DNA of 64,000 nucleotides from an uncultured Acidobacteriota bacterium (GCA_963836075.1 CAWIIB010000008.1:1-64000), one strand, 5' to 3'. Positions 28,779 through 43,600 are shown, counted from the stretch's first letter. Numbers and translations: made by a program. Notes: generated by a model from the sequence alone, not told the origin.

Positions 28779-28818
28779 AATGACTGCTATTTATACACTC
28801 ATAGTGGATTCAAGTCAA
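28771..28818 (-). promoter_or_regulatory. Sigma70-like promoter with a palindromic operator over the start codon
   Basis: Minus strand TTGACT-N17-TATAAA; GCAGTCAT-a-ATGACTGC perfect inverted repeat at 28771-28787. Confidence 0.55.
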
Positions 28819-28950
28819 GAGGTGATTGCCAGGATTTCACCACGTGTGGCTGCTGAAAAATCAATCTGACAAGCTGAAGGTATCAAACGAATGGACCGAG
28901 GGATCATTTAGAGCGAGGAATTGAAGGTCCACCGACCTGCGGCAGTGCGG

Positions 28951-31032
<2,082 letters not shown>

Positions 31033-31119
31033 TGACCGTTTGCATTTCCCGGAAAAACCGGACGGGAAGGGGGTGGTAGAATGGGATCACCGTCCGGACA
31101 ACGGGCGGAGGAGGGTACG

Positions 31120-31893
31120 ATGTTCTGGTTCAAAGGCCGTCAGCATAAGCGGTTGCTGGAAACACCGCTGGATGAACAGCAACGCGCCGTGGTGCAGCGC
31201 GCCGTGCCCTACTGCCGCCGGCTGCCGCCAGAGTTGCGGCAGCGCTTCGAGGGGCTGGTACAGATCTTTCTCCAGGAGATCGATTTCGAGGGCTGCGGCG
31301 GCCAGCAGATCGACGACGAGGTGCGGCTCACCGTTGCCGGCCGGGCGGCGGTGCTGCTGGTGGGCCGGGAGGGGGATACCTTCTCCAAACTGCGCACCGT
31401 GCTGGTCTATCCGTCGGAGTATCTGGCCCCGGGCAACGAGATGATGGCTGACGGCACGGTGTTCGAGGGTCTGGACGCGAGGCTCGGGGAGTCCTGGTCC
31501 CAGGGGTCGGTGGTGCTGGCCTGGGACGAGGTGCAGTACAACGAGAGTGTCCCCCGCGGCTGCCTCGACGTGGTCTACCACGAGTTCGCCCACCAGCTGG
31601 ACGCCGAGAACGGGCCGGTGGACGGGGCGCCGTTCCTCCCCTCGGCCAGGGCGCGGCAGGAGTGGGCCGAGGTCCTGGGCCGCGAATACCATGACCTGGA
31701 GCAGCAGGTGGAGTGGGGCCGGCCCACCTTCCTCGACCCCTACGCGGCCACCCATCCCGCCGAGTTCTTTGCCGTGCTCACCGAATATTTCTTTATCCGG
31801 CCGGTCCCCCTGCAGCACCATCACCCCGCGCTCTATGCCCAGCTGCGGATCTGCTATGGCCAGGACCCGGCCTCCCTGCCGGGATCGTCTTGA
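31120..31893 (+). CDS. mtfA: MtfA / peptidase M90 family zinc-dependent peptidase
   Basis: VLVYPSEY, LGESW, HEFAHQLD and DPYAATHPAEFFAV motifs. Confidence 0.85.
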   Translation: MFWFKGRQHKRLLETPLDEQQRAVVQRAVPYCRRLPPELRQRFEGLVQIFLQEIDFEGCGGQQIDDEVRLTVAGRAAVLLVGREGDTFSKLRTVLVYPSEYLAPGNEMMADGTVFEGLDARLGESWSQGSVVLAWDEVQYNESVPRGCLDVVYHEFAHQLDAENGPVDGAPFLPSARARQEWAEVLGREYHDLEQQVEWGRPTFLDPYAATHPAEFFAVLTEYFFIRPVPLQHHHPALYAQLRICYGQDPASLPGSS

Positions 31894-32189
31894 GTACAGC
31901 TTTGCCGGCAGAGAGAATCTTCCGTTTTTGATCCGGTCTCCGAGTGCACGCCGTTGTAAGCTCGAAAACCGGCGGGATCCCTACGCGTTCCGGCCTGCGG
32001 CCGGCCGCGGTTTCCCGATCGGTTTTCATCGCACAGCGGCGGCACGTCTCCGACAGTCACAAAAGACGGAAGATTCCCTCTGCCGACACGATATTCAGAA
32101 AAACCTTCATTGCATCTCCGGCAACCTGCGGACTATACTTTTTGCTCGTTTCAGGACTGATGGAAGGTGATGGGAAGGAGTGGACAACA

Positions 32190-34376
32190 ATGACGAGGGA
32201 TGTGGACTGGAAGCGTGCCGCCGGGTTCGGCTGGAAGGTGGGGGTGGTGATCGGGGGCTGTATCGGTTTCCAGGAGGGCTTCCTCGCCGTCACCGCCAAG
32301 TCGGGCGCCTCGGCCGACGTCCCGCTCACCCGGGTGGCCCAGTTTCTGCAGGTCTACTTCACGCCGATCTTTGCCGAGATGCTCCTCTGGGGTCTGCTGG
32401 GCATGGTGGCGGCGCTGCTGCTCAACCTCGTCCTCGGGCGGCGCTTTCGGGCCTTCGGCACAATGGACGGCTTCGTCCCCGTGTTCAGTGGTTTGATGGC
32501 CGGTGTGGGAAACACGGCCTTTGTCTTCTTCCTGCTCAACTCCTCTTTTGGCCTGGCCATGCTGATTGAACCCACCAAGCTGCTGTTCAACCTGCGACTG
32601 GTCTTTTCCGCTGTGCTCACCGGGCTGGCGGTGGGCTTCCTGGTGCGCGGCGTGCGTACCCGGCCCTGGGGGCACCGGGTGAAAGCCGTGCTGGTGGTCC
32701 TTTCCCTCTGGGCGCTGGTGCTGATCCCGCTGGCCCTCTGGGTCAACCGGGTCTATCTCAAGTTCAGCTTCACCCCGCTCTTCTTCGGGGTGGGTGCCCT
32801 TTTCCTGCTGGCCCTGGCCGGGGGGACCTGGCTCGGCGCGGCCTGGCTCACGCCCCGCTACCTCCGCGGAGTGCGGCGCTACCCGCTGGTGCGGTACCTC
32901 TCCCTGGTGGTGGTCCTGCTGCTGGCCCTGCCCGTCTTCCTGCCCGGCCTCACCGGGTCCGCCGAAGCCGTGAGCCCGGGCAGCGGGGCCGGCGGCGCGG
33001 CGCTGGACCGCAACGTGATTCTCATATCAGTGGACACCCTGCGGGCCGACCGGCTGTCCAGCTCGGGCAGTGATTTCTGCCAGACGCCGAACATCGACCG
33101 GCTGGCCGAAGAGGGCGTGCTCTTCTCCCGGGCCCAGGCCCAGTCCTCCTGGACCCTCTCCTCCATCTGCTCCATGCTCACCTCGCTGTACCCCACGGCC
33201 CACGGTGTGCTGTCCATGCTCGACCAGATGGACCAGACCCGGGAAACCGTGGCCGAGAAGGCCGCCGCCGGCGGGTATCACACCGGGGCGGTGATCTCCA
33301 ACGGCTGGTTGCTGGAACCCTTTGGCGCGAGCCAGGGGTTCGCCTTCTACGACCACATGAAGCACCGCTACCGGGCCCCTTACTGGGCCGGCCACCTGTG
33401 GTACCGCCTGGTGGATCCGCTCCGGCGCCGGGTGGCCCCGGTGGAGCTGGAGGTGCAGGAAGACGCGGGCGACTGTTCGCTCAACCTGAAATACGCCCTG
33501 GAGTTCATCGAAGCCAACCAGTCGGGGAACTTCTTCTTCTGGCTCCACGTGATCGACCCCCACGAACCCTACGTCGCCCGTGACCGGTGGATCGCCGGGG
33601 CGGGGCGGGACTACCACGGGAACCAGGTTCCGCGGCTGGATTCGGGCAAGGTGGTCAACTTTCGCGCCGGCAGGGTCCTCGATGGAGGCGACCGGCGGCA
33701 CATCGAGGACCTCTACAACAGGGAAGTGGAATACACCGACATGGTTCTCGGCCAGCTCCTCGACCGGATCTACCAGCTGGGACTGACCCGCAACACCATG
33801 ATCATTTTCACCAGCGATCACGGCGAGGAGTTCTGGGAACACGACAGCGTGTCCCACGGCCACACCTGCTTTACTGAGCTGGTGCAGGTGCCGCTGGTCA
33901 TCCGGCCCGCCGACGAAGAGGAGCTGGATCGCAACCGCCGCATCGAAGCCCAGGTCAGCCTGGTGGACGTGGCGCCCACCATTCTCGATTTTCTCGGGCT
34001 GCCCGGGCTGGATCACGCCGAAGGGCGGAGCCTGCTGCCGATGATGCGCGGCGAGGAGGAGCCGGCGGACAACCCGGCGTTCTACGAGGCGATGGCCTAT
34101 TTCGGGGAAAAGAAAGCGGTGAGTGACGGGCGCTACAAGTACATCCTCACCGAGGTGGACGGCAGGGAGGAACTGTACGACCTGCTGGAGGACCCCGGCG
34201 AACAGCGCAACCTGGTGTATGAGCGGCCCGAGCTCAGACTGGAGCTGAAGGGCCGGTTGATGGACCACCTGTCGACCCAGCGGGAACTGGCCTCCCTGCT
34301 CGGTTCCAGCAACGAAAAGGCCGAGATCGGCGCAGACACCGTCGAGCACCTGCGGGCGCTCGGCTATCTCAACTGA
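32190..34376 (+). CDS. Membrane-anchored sulfatase-family (alkaline phosphatase superfamily) protein
   Basis: Several N-terminal TM segments, then NVILISVDTLRADRL, SSWTLSS, DPHEPY, TSDHGEEF, ELYDL and LRALGY. Confidence 0.82.
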   Translation: MTRDVDWKRAAGFGWKVGVVIGGCIGFQEGFLAVTAKSGASADVPLTRVAQFLQVYFTPIFAEMLLWGLLGMVAALLLNLVLGRRFRAFGTMDGFVPVFSGLMAGVGNTAFVFFLLNSSFGLAMLIEPTKLLFNLRLVFSAVLTGLAVGFLVRGVRTRPWGHRVKAVLVVLSLWALVLIPLALWVNRVYLKFSFTPLFFGVGALFLLALAGGTWLGAAWLTPRYLRGVRRYPLVRYLSLVVVLLLALPVFLPGLTGSAEAVSPGSGAGGAALDRNVILISVDTLRADRLSSSGSDFCQTPNIDRLAEEGVLFSRAQAQSSWTLSSICSMLTSLYPTAHGVLSMLDQMDQTRETVAEKAAAGGYHTGAVISNGWLLEPFGASQGFAFYDHMKHRYRAPYWAGHLWYRLVDPLRRRVAPVELEVQEDAGDCSLNLKYALEFIEANQSGNFFFWLHVIDPHEPYVARDRWIAGAGRDYHGNQVPRLDSGKVVNFRAGRVLDGGDRRHIEDLYNREVEYTDMVLGQLLDRIYQLGLTRNTMIIFTSDHGEEFWEHDSVSHGHTCFTELVQVPLVIRPADEEELDRNRRIEAQVSLVDVAPTILDFLGLPGLDHAEGRSLLPMMRGEEEPADNPAFYEAMAYFGEKKAVSDGRYKYILTEVDGREELYDLLEDPGEQRNLVYERPELRLELKGRLMDHLSTQRELASLLGSSNEKAEIGADTVEHLRALGYLN

Positions 34377-34436
34377 CAACTGGTATCGGCTTGCACGGAA
34401 TCGTGTTTCCGAACGTCATTCCTTTGGAGAACTGCC

Positions 34437-36035
<1,599 letters not shown>

Positions 36036-36046
36036 GGCTGAGCAAG

Positions 36047-36086
36047 AAAAAGGGGACTGTCCCGCCCCGGGGACTGTCCCCTTTTT
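36047..36086. terminator. Bidirectional terminator built from two GGGGACTGTCCC units
   Basis: AAAAAGGGGACTGTCCC-gcccc-GGGGACTGTCCCCTTTTT between convergent pckA and adh. Confidence 0.7.
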
Positions 36087-36099
36087 CCAGGTGAGCAGG

Positions 36100-37155
36100 T
36101 CAGCTCTTCAGCGACGCCATGTCGATGGAGAAGCGGTACTTCACATCCGACTTGAGCATCCGCTCGTAGGCTTCGTTCACATCCTGGATGGGAATGACTT
36201 CCACGTCGGCAGTGATGCCGTGCTGGCCGCAGAAGTCGAGCATTTCCTGGGTCTCGGCGATGCCGCCGATGAGCGAGCCGGAAATGCTCTTCCGTCCGAA
36301 GAGCAGGCCGAAGGCCGAGACGGGGAACGGCTTCTCCGGCGCACCCACCAGGGTGAGGTTGCCGTCGAGGCTCAGCAGGCTGACGTAGGCGTTGATGTCG
36401 TGGTCGGCGGAAATGGTGTCGAGGATGAAATCGAGGCTGCCGGCGCGCTTCTGCATCTCTTCGGCGTCGGTGGAGATGACCACCTCGTGGGCGCCCAGAC
36501 GGAGCGCATCCTCCTTCTTGCCCGGGGATGTGGTGAACACCACGACGTGGGCGCCGAAGGCCCGGGCGAACTTCACCCCCATGTGCCCCAGTCCACCGAG
36601 GCCCACCACGCCGACCTTCTGCCCCTCGGTCACGCCCCAGCGGCGAATGGGGGAGTAGGTGGTGATCCCGGCGCAGAGCAGAGGCGCGGCCCCGGCCAGC
36701 TCGAGGTTGTCGGGAATGCGCAGCACGAACTGCTCGTCGACGACGATGCTTTCGGAGTACCCGCCGTAGGTGACCCCCCCGAGGTGCTTGTCCGGCCAGT
36801 TGTAGGTGAAGGTCGCTTCGTGGCAGAACTGCTCGACGTCGGCCTGACAGCTGGGGCAGGTGTGGTCCGAATCGACCAGGCAGCCCACACCGGCCAGGTC
36901 GCCCGGTTTGAAGCTGGTGACGGTGCTGCCCACCGATACGACCCGGCCAACGATTTCGTGGCCCGGGACGATGGGGTAGACCGTGGGCATGACACTGCTC
37001 CACTCGTCACGCACCGCGTGGAGGTCGGAGTGGCAGATGCCGCAGAAGAGGATCTCGATCTGCACGTCGCGTTCGGTGGGCTTGCGGCGCTGGATCGTGG
37101 TGGAGGCCAGCGGCGATGTGGCGCTGGCGGCGGAGTACGCTTTGCTGTCTGACAT
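36100..37155 (-). CDS. NAD(P)-dependent zinc alcohol dehydrogenase (cinnamyl-ADH / YahK family)
   Basis: CGICHSD, GHEIVG, APLLCAGITTYSP, GLGGLGHM and SDVKYRF motifs. Confidence 0.92.
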   Translation of the reverse strand: MSDSKAYSAASATSPLASTTIQRRKPTERDVQIEILFCGICHSDLHAVRDEWSSVMPTVYPIVPGHEIVGRVVSVGSTVTSFKPGDLAGVGCLVDSDHTCPSCQADVEQFCHEATFTYNWPDKHLGGVTYGGYSESIVVDEQFVLRIPDNLELAGAAPLLCAGITTYSPIRRWGVTEGQKVGVVGLGGLGHMGVKFARAFGAHVVVFTTSPGKKEDALRLGAHEVVISTDAEEMQKRAGSLDFILDTISADHDINAYVSLLSLDGNLTLVGAPEKPFPVSAFGLLFGRKSISGSLIGGIAETQEMLDFCGQHGITADVEVIPIQDVNEAYERMLKSDVKYRFSIDMASLKS

Positions 37156-37492
37156 GGATACTTCCTTCAATGTTGTTTCGCTGTGCTGCTGATTCAGCCG
37201 CGGCACTGTCGATCCGAACCAGGTGGTCCGAGGAGGGCGCGATCAGGGTCCAGGGTCGTCCGCTCTTTTGCGGCACGCTCCTGCCAGCGGTTCTTAACAA
37301 ACTAAGTGGACCGACAAATCCTACACCGAATCGAAAGAGGGTCGGTAGAACAATTCCGGCCATTCCCCGTGCGATCCTGACGTTGATCCCCCAGGGGGAA
37401 ACTTTTTGTCGTCTGCTTGCGGGCGACCAGGGGCACGTCTGTGGCAAATGGCCTCGACGGTAAACCGGGGAGCCATCGGATAGCGCAGGCCA

Positions 37493-37546
37493 CCCCTCCT
37501 GTCATCGCGAGCCCCTGCGGGTCGGCGGCTCGCAATGACAGAGGGG
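37493..37546. repeat. Intergenic palindromic element TGTCAT(C/T)G(C/T)GAGCC...GGCTCGCAATGACA (copy 1)
   Basis: 14-bp imperfect inverted arms; a second copy lies at 56113-56167. Confidence 0.6.
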
Positions 37547-37586
37547 GCGGTGCCCGCTCCCGCAGATGAATGATATCGAGAAAATG

Positions 37587-37622
37587 AAAAGGCCCGGTCG
37601 GGAGTGTTCCCGGCCGGGCCTT
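37587..37622 (-). terminator. Intrinsic terminator of the cytochrome gene
   Basis: AAAAGGCCCGGTCGGGA...TCCCGGCCGGGCCTT; U-tract on the minus strand. Confidence 0.7.
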
Positions 37623-37645
37623 GTTGCGTCAGCAGTCTGTCTTTG

Positions 37646-40381
37646 TTACGGCGCCAGTGCGGTCACCGTGCAGCTGGCCGTGGCGGTGTCCCCCGCCGGC
37701 GGGTAGGGCGGCAGGTTGTACGGCGCGGGGGTGACGTCGAACGCGGTGAGCAAGAAGGTGTTGTCCCCGATCACCGTGCCCAGGGCCGGAATGTTCTGGA
37801 CCCAGGAGGTGAGGTAGCTCTCCCCGCCGGCCACGTTGGTGTAGCCCGCCCGCCAGCTGGGATAGAAGTTGCCGTTGGCCAGGGTGGCGTCGACACGGCC
37901 GGAGATCCGCCGGGTCTGGCCGGCGTAGAGGTTGGTCAGCGAGACCGACATGGACGTGCTGAAGGGCACGATGCCCACGTCCGGCACGCAGGTGAAGACG
38001 GCGTCCACCGTTGCAGTGGGTTCGCTGGTCAGGGCCAGGGTCCCGGTCCACATCACCTCCGGCGGGCACTTGCCGTTGTCGTTCCACAGGTCGTACATCT
38101 CCTGACCCAGACTGTTGGTGGTGTTCTCGTCTCGCAGGAACTCGACGAACTCCTTCGAGGTGCTCTGGTAGTAGAGGGTCACCTCGGCCGACGCGGCCCC
38201 GGCCGGGATGCTGTAGTAGGTGTCGTCCCAGTACTGGCCGTCGGCGTAGCTGTGGCCCACCGGCGCCCCGCCGAAATCGTCGTAGGCGGCGTTGGTGAAG
38301 CCCCGCGGCGGGATGCGGTTGTCGCTGAACACCTTGTTGTTCAGCACGAAGTGGAAGGACGGTCCCGGGTCCACGCCGACGATGCGGCGCGGTCACCTCG
38401 TCCAGACCCGGTTCGATCTCGTAGATCTTGGCTTCCTCGTCGTGGCTCAGCACGCCGGTGTCCGGGTCGTAGGCCCCGGACTCGGAGATCAGGGCCATCC
38501 CTTCGTCGTAGAACTTGACGTTGATCCAGATCCGGCGGCCTTCGGGATAGCCGGTGGGCAGCTTGTGCCCGGTCTGGTTGGTCACCGTCACCTCGAGGTC
38601 GCTGCCGCCCTGCTCCAGCGTCCACCGTGGCCGCGTTCTGCAGCATGTAGCGGGCCCGCTCGATGCCGGCCAGCAGGGCCGCCTCGTTCACCTGGCCGGG
38701 GAACATGGCGGGCAGCAGGCCGGGGAGCCAGGTGCTGCCGCCGGTCATGTCGTGCAGCGGCAGGTCGTCGCGCACCGGCGGGTCGCCGAAGTTGCAGCCC
38801 TGGCCGGTGACGTCGCGCATGTGGCAGTCCTGGCAGGTGGAGACGTTGTCCAGGTTGCCGCCGAACTGCGGCGCGTAGACGCCGGCGGGGGTGTTGTATT
38901 CGCTGTAGAACCACTCGCTGTAGGTCCGCTCCACCGGGGCGATGGTGTGGGCCGAGAAGTCGGTGGCCGGCGTGTCAAAGGCGTTGGGCAGGTAGTTGCC
39001 CAGGCCGTCCTTCTCGAAGGCCGGGTTGCTCACGTCGTGGCAGGTGCCGCAGAGGGCCGCTTCGCGGTGGAAGGGCGAGACCAGCACCGGGTGGCCGGAG
39101 TCGGCGTCGAGGAACGGCCCGCGCCGTGCGCCCGTCGGGTCGACCACCACCATGCCGTTGCCGAACTCGGTGCCGGGGAAGCTGAGCGCGGCGAGGATCG
39201 CCTGGTCTTCGATGCGGGCTTGCCCCTGGCTCGTAGATCGGATCCACCAGCCGGTGGCAGTAGTCGCAGGAGACCCCGCTCTCGTCGGTGCTCAGCATCT
39301 GGCTGCCGTCGGTGGGCACCGAACGGCCCTGGTGCCAGCCGCGGGGAAGGTGGCAGCGCAGGCAGAGGTCGCCGGAGTCGGGGGCGTCCTGGTTGGCGAT
39401 GACCATGTTGGCCTGGAAGATGAGGTCCAGGGAGGCCTGGGCCATCATGCTCCCCTGCCAGTTGGCGTAGGGCTCGACCGCGGTGTCGTAGCCGCCGTGG
39501 CAGACCTCGCAGGCCTCGGGCGGGTTGAGGATGCCCGACTCGAAGGGCTGGCTGCCCGGCATGTCGAAGTCGCGCAGGGTGGTGGGGACGAGGCCGCCCG
39601 GAGGTGATTCGATGGTGAAGACGGCGTCGCTCTCGTCCTGCCCCTGGTTGAAGGCGTTGTCGGTGGCCACCACCCTGATCAGGGCCAGGGCGCTGGGCCG
39701 GTTGGCCGGGAACCAGGTGTGACTGCCGCTGTTGGTCAGGTTCTGCGCCTCCACCTCCCAGGTGGCTCCGTTGTCCAGGGAGAGGTAGATGTCGATGCCG
39801 GCGATATCGCTGGGGTCGGCGGCAAACCACTGCACGGTGAAGCTGCTGTTGCCCACCACCAGTTCGCCGCCGTTGGGGTCGAGCACGATCACTTCCGGCG
39901 GGTCGGTGTCGCCGCCGGTGCTGGGCACCAGGTTGTCCTGGATGTCGGCCAGGTCGACGTTCTGCGTGCTGCCCGCGTTGGCCGGTGTCAATCCGGGGAA
40001 GGTGGGCGTATTGATGAAGCTGATCAGGTCGGTGACCTCGATCAGGGTGCTGAAGCCGTCGCCATCCGGGTCCTCGTTCTCGATGGCCAGGACCGCCTCC
40101 TCCTTGGTGGACCAGAGATCGAGTTCATCTTCGAGTCTCAGGCCGTAGGGGTTGCGGGCCCCGCCGCCGTCGAAGTCGAAGTGGCAAACGCCGCAGTGAT
40201 CGGGATTGCTGGGCACGTCGGAGAGGACTGTTCCATCTGCGGCGGGGTAGACATCGAAGAACGCGGATTTGATGTTGTTTCGCGCAGGGCTCTCCAGACT
40301 GACCCCGCTGATCAGGACCAGCATGACGGCAAACAGGATCCAGGAAAAAATGCGTCTTTGATCGGGTTTCAAGGCGGCCAT
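37646..40381 (-). CDS. Secreted multiheme c-type cytochrome with Ig-like domain and C-terminal 'PYNQPPY'-type domain (frameshifted into 4 ORF pieces)
   Basis: Signal peptide; CGVCH, CEVCH, CLRCH, CDYCH, CGTCH and CQDCH motifs; [14 protein letters not shown]. ORFs 38975-40381, 38341-39153, 37629-38591 and 37646-38374 read as one protein. Confidence 0.82.
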
Positions 40382-40573
40382 GGATGAACTCCTTGCTGAG
40401 GTGGACGGTAAAAGAAAGTTAATAAAGGGATTATCGATTTACGCAGATCGACCATCGACATAACCGGGGTCCCCGGTTCGCGTGTGGAGCAGGATCTGAA
40501 ACGTGCTATGCAAAGGGAAGAAAGACGGTAACGCACTCCACAACATCAACCAAACTCTCTTATCTCTCCGGTA

Positions 40574-40602
40574 GTTATATGGTTGGAATGTTGTTTCGTC
40601 AA
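40574..40602 (-). promoter_or_regulatory. Sigma70-like promoter candidate for the cytochrome gene
   Basis: Minus strand TTGACG-N17-TATAAC. Confidence 0.5.
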
Positions 40603-40693
40603 GTGACGTAACGACAGGAGTTGTCTGGTATTCTGGTAGGGTTCCCAGGCATTCCCCGGCGGGATGAACCCGCCGGGGAATGATTGTCAAGGC

Positions 40694-43600
40694 CTATCGT
40701 CCTGCTTCCACCGTTTCGGTGAACACCTCGTCGCCCAGCTCGGTGACCGCGCCGAGGATGTATTCGTAGCGCACGCCCTGCAGTGCGGACCGGTCGAGGA
40801 AGAGGCTGCCGCGGGCCGGTTGGGGGGTGATCCGCTGGAACCCGTCCAGCAGCGCGGTGTGCCTGGCCCGGCGGGCTTCCAGCGCCTTGATCCGTTCCGG
40901 CAGCCGGGTCGCCGGGCCGGTGACGCCGCTGATCCCGGTCTGGGCCATGGCCGGGGCCTCGGGGAAGACCTGGCGCCGGTAGACGTTGATCCCCTGGGCT
41001 GCAAAACCTTTGGTTCCGGTCAGTTCCACCTCGATGCCGTCGGGCCTTGGTGCGGCCCGCACGCCGGCGCGGCGGTCCCAGGTGGGCAGGTCGCCGCCGG
41101 TGAGGCAGAACAGCTCGCCGCCAATGCCGCCGAGCATCTGGGTCCCGGCCAGAGCGTCGGCATAGGTGTCGCCGTTGACGTCCTCGATCCAGCGCAGGGT
41201 GAAGATCTTGCTGCCGGTCATGTAGCTCCAGATGGTGTCGCCGCTGGTGCCGTCCACGCAGCGCACTTCGCCGGTGAAGGCCCCGGCCAGGGCATCGTCG
41301 TAGCCGTCGCCGTTGACGTCGGGGATGCCGGAGACGGCCCAGACGTCGCTGCCCATGTAGCTGCTCCAGAGCTGGACGCCGGTGGCGCCGTCGAGGCAGT
41401 AGGCCCAGGCGGCCCAGCTGGCCACCAGCACCTCGTTGATCCCGTCGCCGGTGACATCGGCAAAGGAGTCCACCCGCATCACCGGGGCGGCGGCCAGGGG
41501 GTAAGTCCAGAGCGCCGTTCCGGCGCCGGCGCCGTCGAGGCACTGCACCGAGCCGGCCGGCGAGCTGCCCCAGGTGCCCACCACCACTTCGGAGACCCCG
41601 TCGCCGGTGATGTCGCTGTGCCGGGCCAGGCTCCAGTTGTCGCCGCCGGTGTCATAGGACCAGAGTGTGGTGGCCGGTCCGCTGCTGGCGCCGCTGGCGC
41701 AGTAGACGTGGTTGTCACGGTCCACGTTGCCGCCGGCGCAGGCCACCGCGTCCTCCACCCCGTCGCCGTCGGCGTCACCGATGTTCACCACGTCGATGAT
41801 GGCGTCGTTGGCATACTGGCGCCACAGGGTGTCGGCGGTGCCGGTTGAGGCGCCGTCAAAGGCATACATGCTCCGCGGCCCGGCCGAGCCGCTGTCGTGG
41901 CCGCCGGCGCCAAAGAGGGCGTCGGGCACTCCGTCCTGGTTGATATCGCTGATCGGTCCGGCGGCGTAGACCCAGCCGCCCTGCGGGTCCTCGTCATACA
42001 TGTCGTAGGACCAGAGGACGTTGCCGTTGCGCCCGTTCACCGCGTAGCAGGTGCAGCCGCCCCAGGCGGTGGCCAGCAGCACGTCGGCCAGACCGTCGTC
42101 GTTCATGTCGGGCGAGACGTCGAGGCACTTGTCGCCGTAGCCGCCGCTGTTGCTCGGTCCGCCGGGGGGATGGATCCCCCACTTCACCACCCCCTGGCCG
42201 TGCGAGTTGCCCCAGATCAGCGAGAGGTGCGGTTCGCCGGCCGAGGCGCCCGCGTCGTAGGACTCCACCGCCGCGTCGGCGATCCCGTCACCGGTGACGT
42301 CCGGCACCTGGGCCGTGCACTCCACGTTCTCCACCCCCTGGAAGACCCAGAGGGGCAGCCCCTTGCCGAGGAAGTTGGTCCGTCCCGCGCCCTGGAGGTC
42401 GATGGTCTGGGTGCCGCCGTCGGTGCCGTTGCTGGTCACCTCCACGGCACCGGAGAAGCTGCCGAGGGCCGGGGGCGAGAAATCCACGTCCACCACCAGC
42501 GATTCGAAGGTGGTGAGGGTGATGGGGTAGAAGAAGTCGGGGAGGAAGAAGACCTCGTCGCCCGGGGCGGCACCGATGATGGCCATGTCGGTGATCACCA
42601 GTGGTGCGTAACCGAGGTTGGTGATGGTCAGCGGCCAGCGGGAACGGGAGTAGCGCCGCCGCTGGTCGAAGTCGTGGGAGGTGGCCGAAAACTCGATCAC
42701 CGGGTCGGGCAGCACGGTGGTGGCCAGGATGGTTGCGGTGACCTCCGGCTCGTCCGGGTCGTCGCTGAACACGGTGATCGTGCCCTCGAAATCGCCGGTT
42801 GTGGCCGAGGTGAAGAACGAGGTGTAGGTGATTGTTTCGCCGCCGGCGATGGTCTGGGGGGAGGAGAAGTCCACCTGGAAGTGCGGATCGTCACTGGTCA
42901 TGTCGGTGATCGTCAGATCGGCGGTTCCCACGTTGTCGATATACAGCGTCCAGGGTACGACACTGTTCACCGGGACGATGCCCAGATCCTGGCTGGCGGG
43001 GTGGAGGTCGATGTCCGGCGTGCCACTGCCTTCGGGGTCGATCTGGTAGCAGCGCCGTCCGGCGCCGGCGTTGTTGTCGGCGCAGACCCAGAGATAGCTG
43101 CCGTCCCAGGCCAGGCCGCGGGGGTTGGCCCCGGGAGAGTCGAACTGTTCCAGGACGGTGCCGTCGGTGGTGTCCAGCCGGTAGACAATCGCTTCCTCGC
43201 CGCTGAAGTCGTCGTTGACATACCAGAGGTCGGTGCCGTCGAAGGCCAGGCCCCAGGGCTGGTTGGCCGGTGCGTCAAAGGAGTGGATTTCGAGGCCGGT
43301 GGCCGGGTCGATCTGGTAGATCCAGCCGTCGGGGTTGTAATACGCGGCACACCACAGGTAAGTGCCGTCCCAGGTCAGGCCGGCCATGTAGGTGGTGATG
43401 GAGGGGATGGAGCCGAGCAGCCCGCCGCTGGTGTCCATCCTGAACAGCAGGTCGTAGTTGTAGGAGTCGAGCTGCCAGAGGGCGCTGCCGTCCCAGGCCA
43501 GCCCGTAGGAATCGTCCCCCTGGCCGGTGAAGGAACTGAGCACCGTGCCGTCCGCCGGGTCCAGCTCATAGACCGTCGAACCGCTGGGGCCGTACATCCC

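Noticed and set aside
1-28830. Integron or transposon origin of the cassette-like array
   Set aside because: No integrase or transposase, no attC-like sites seen, and genes lie in both orientations; the junctions look like homologous or microhomology recombination.
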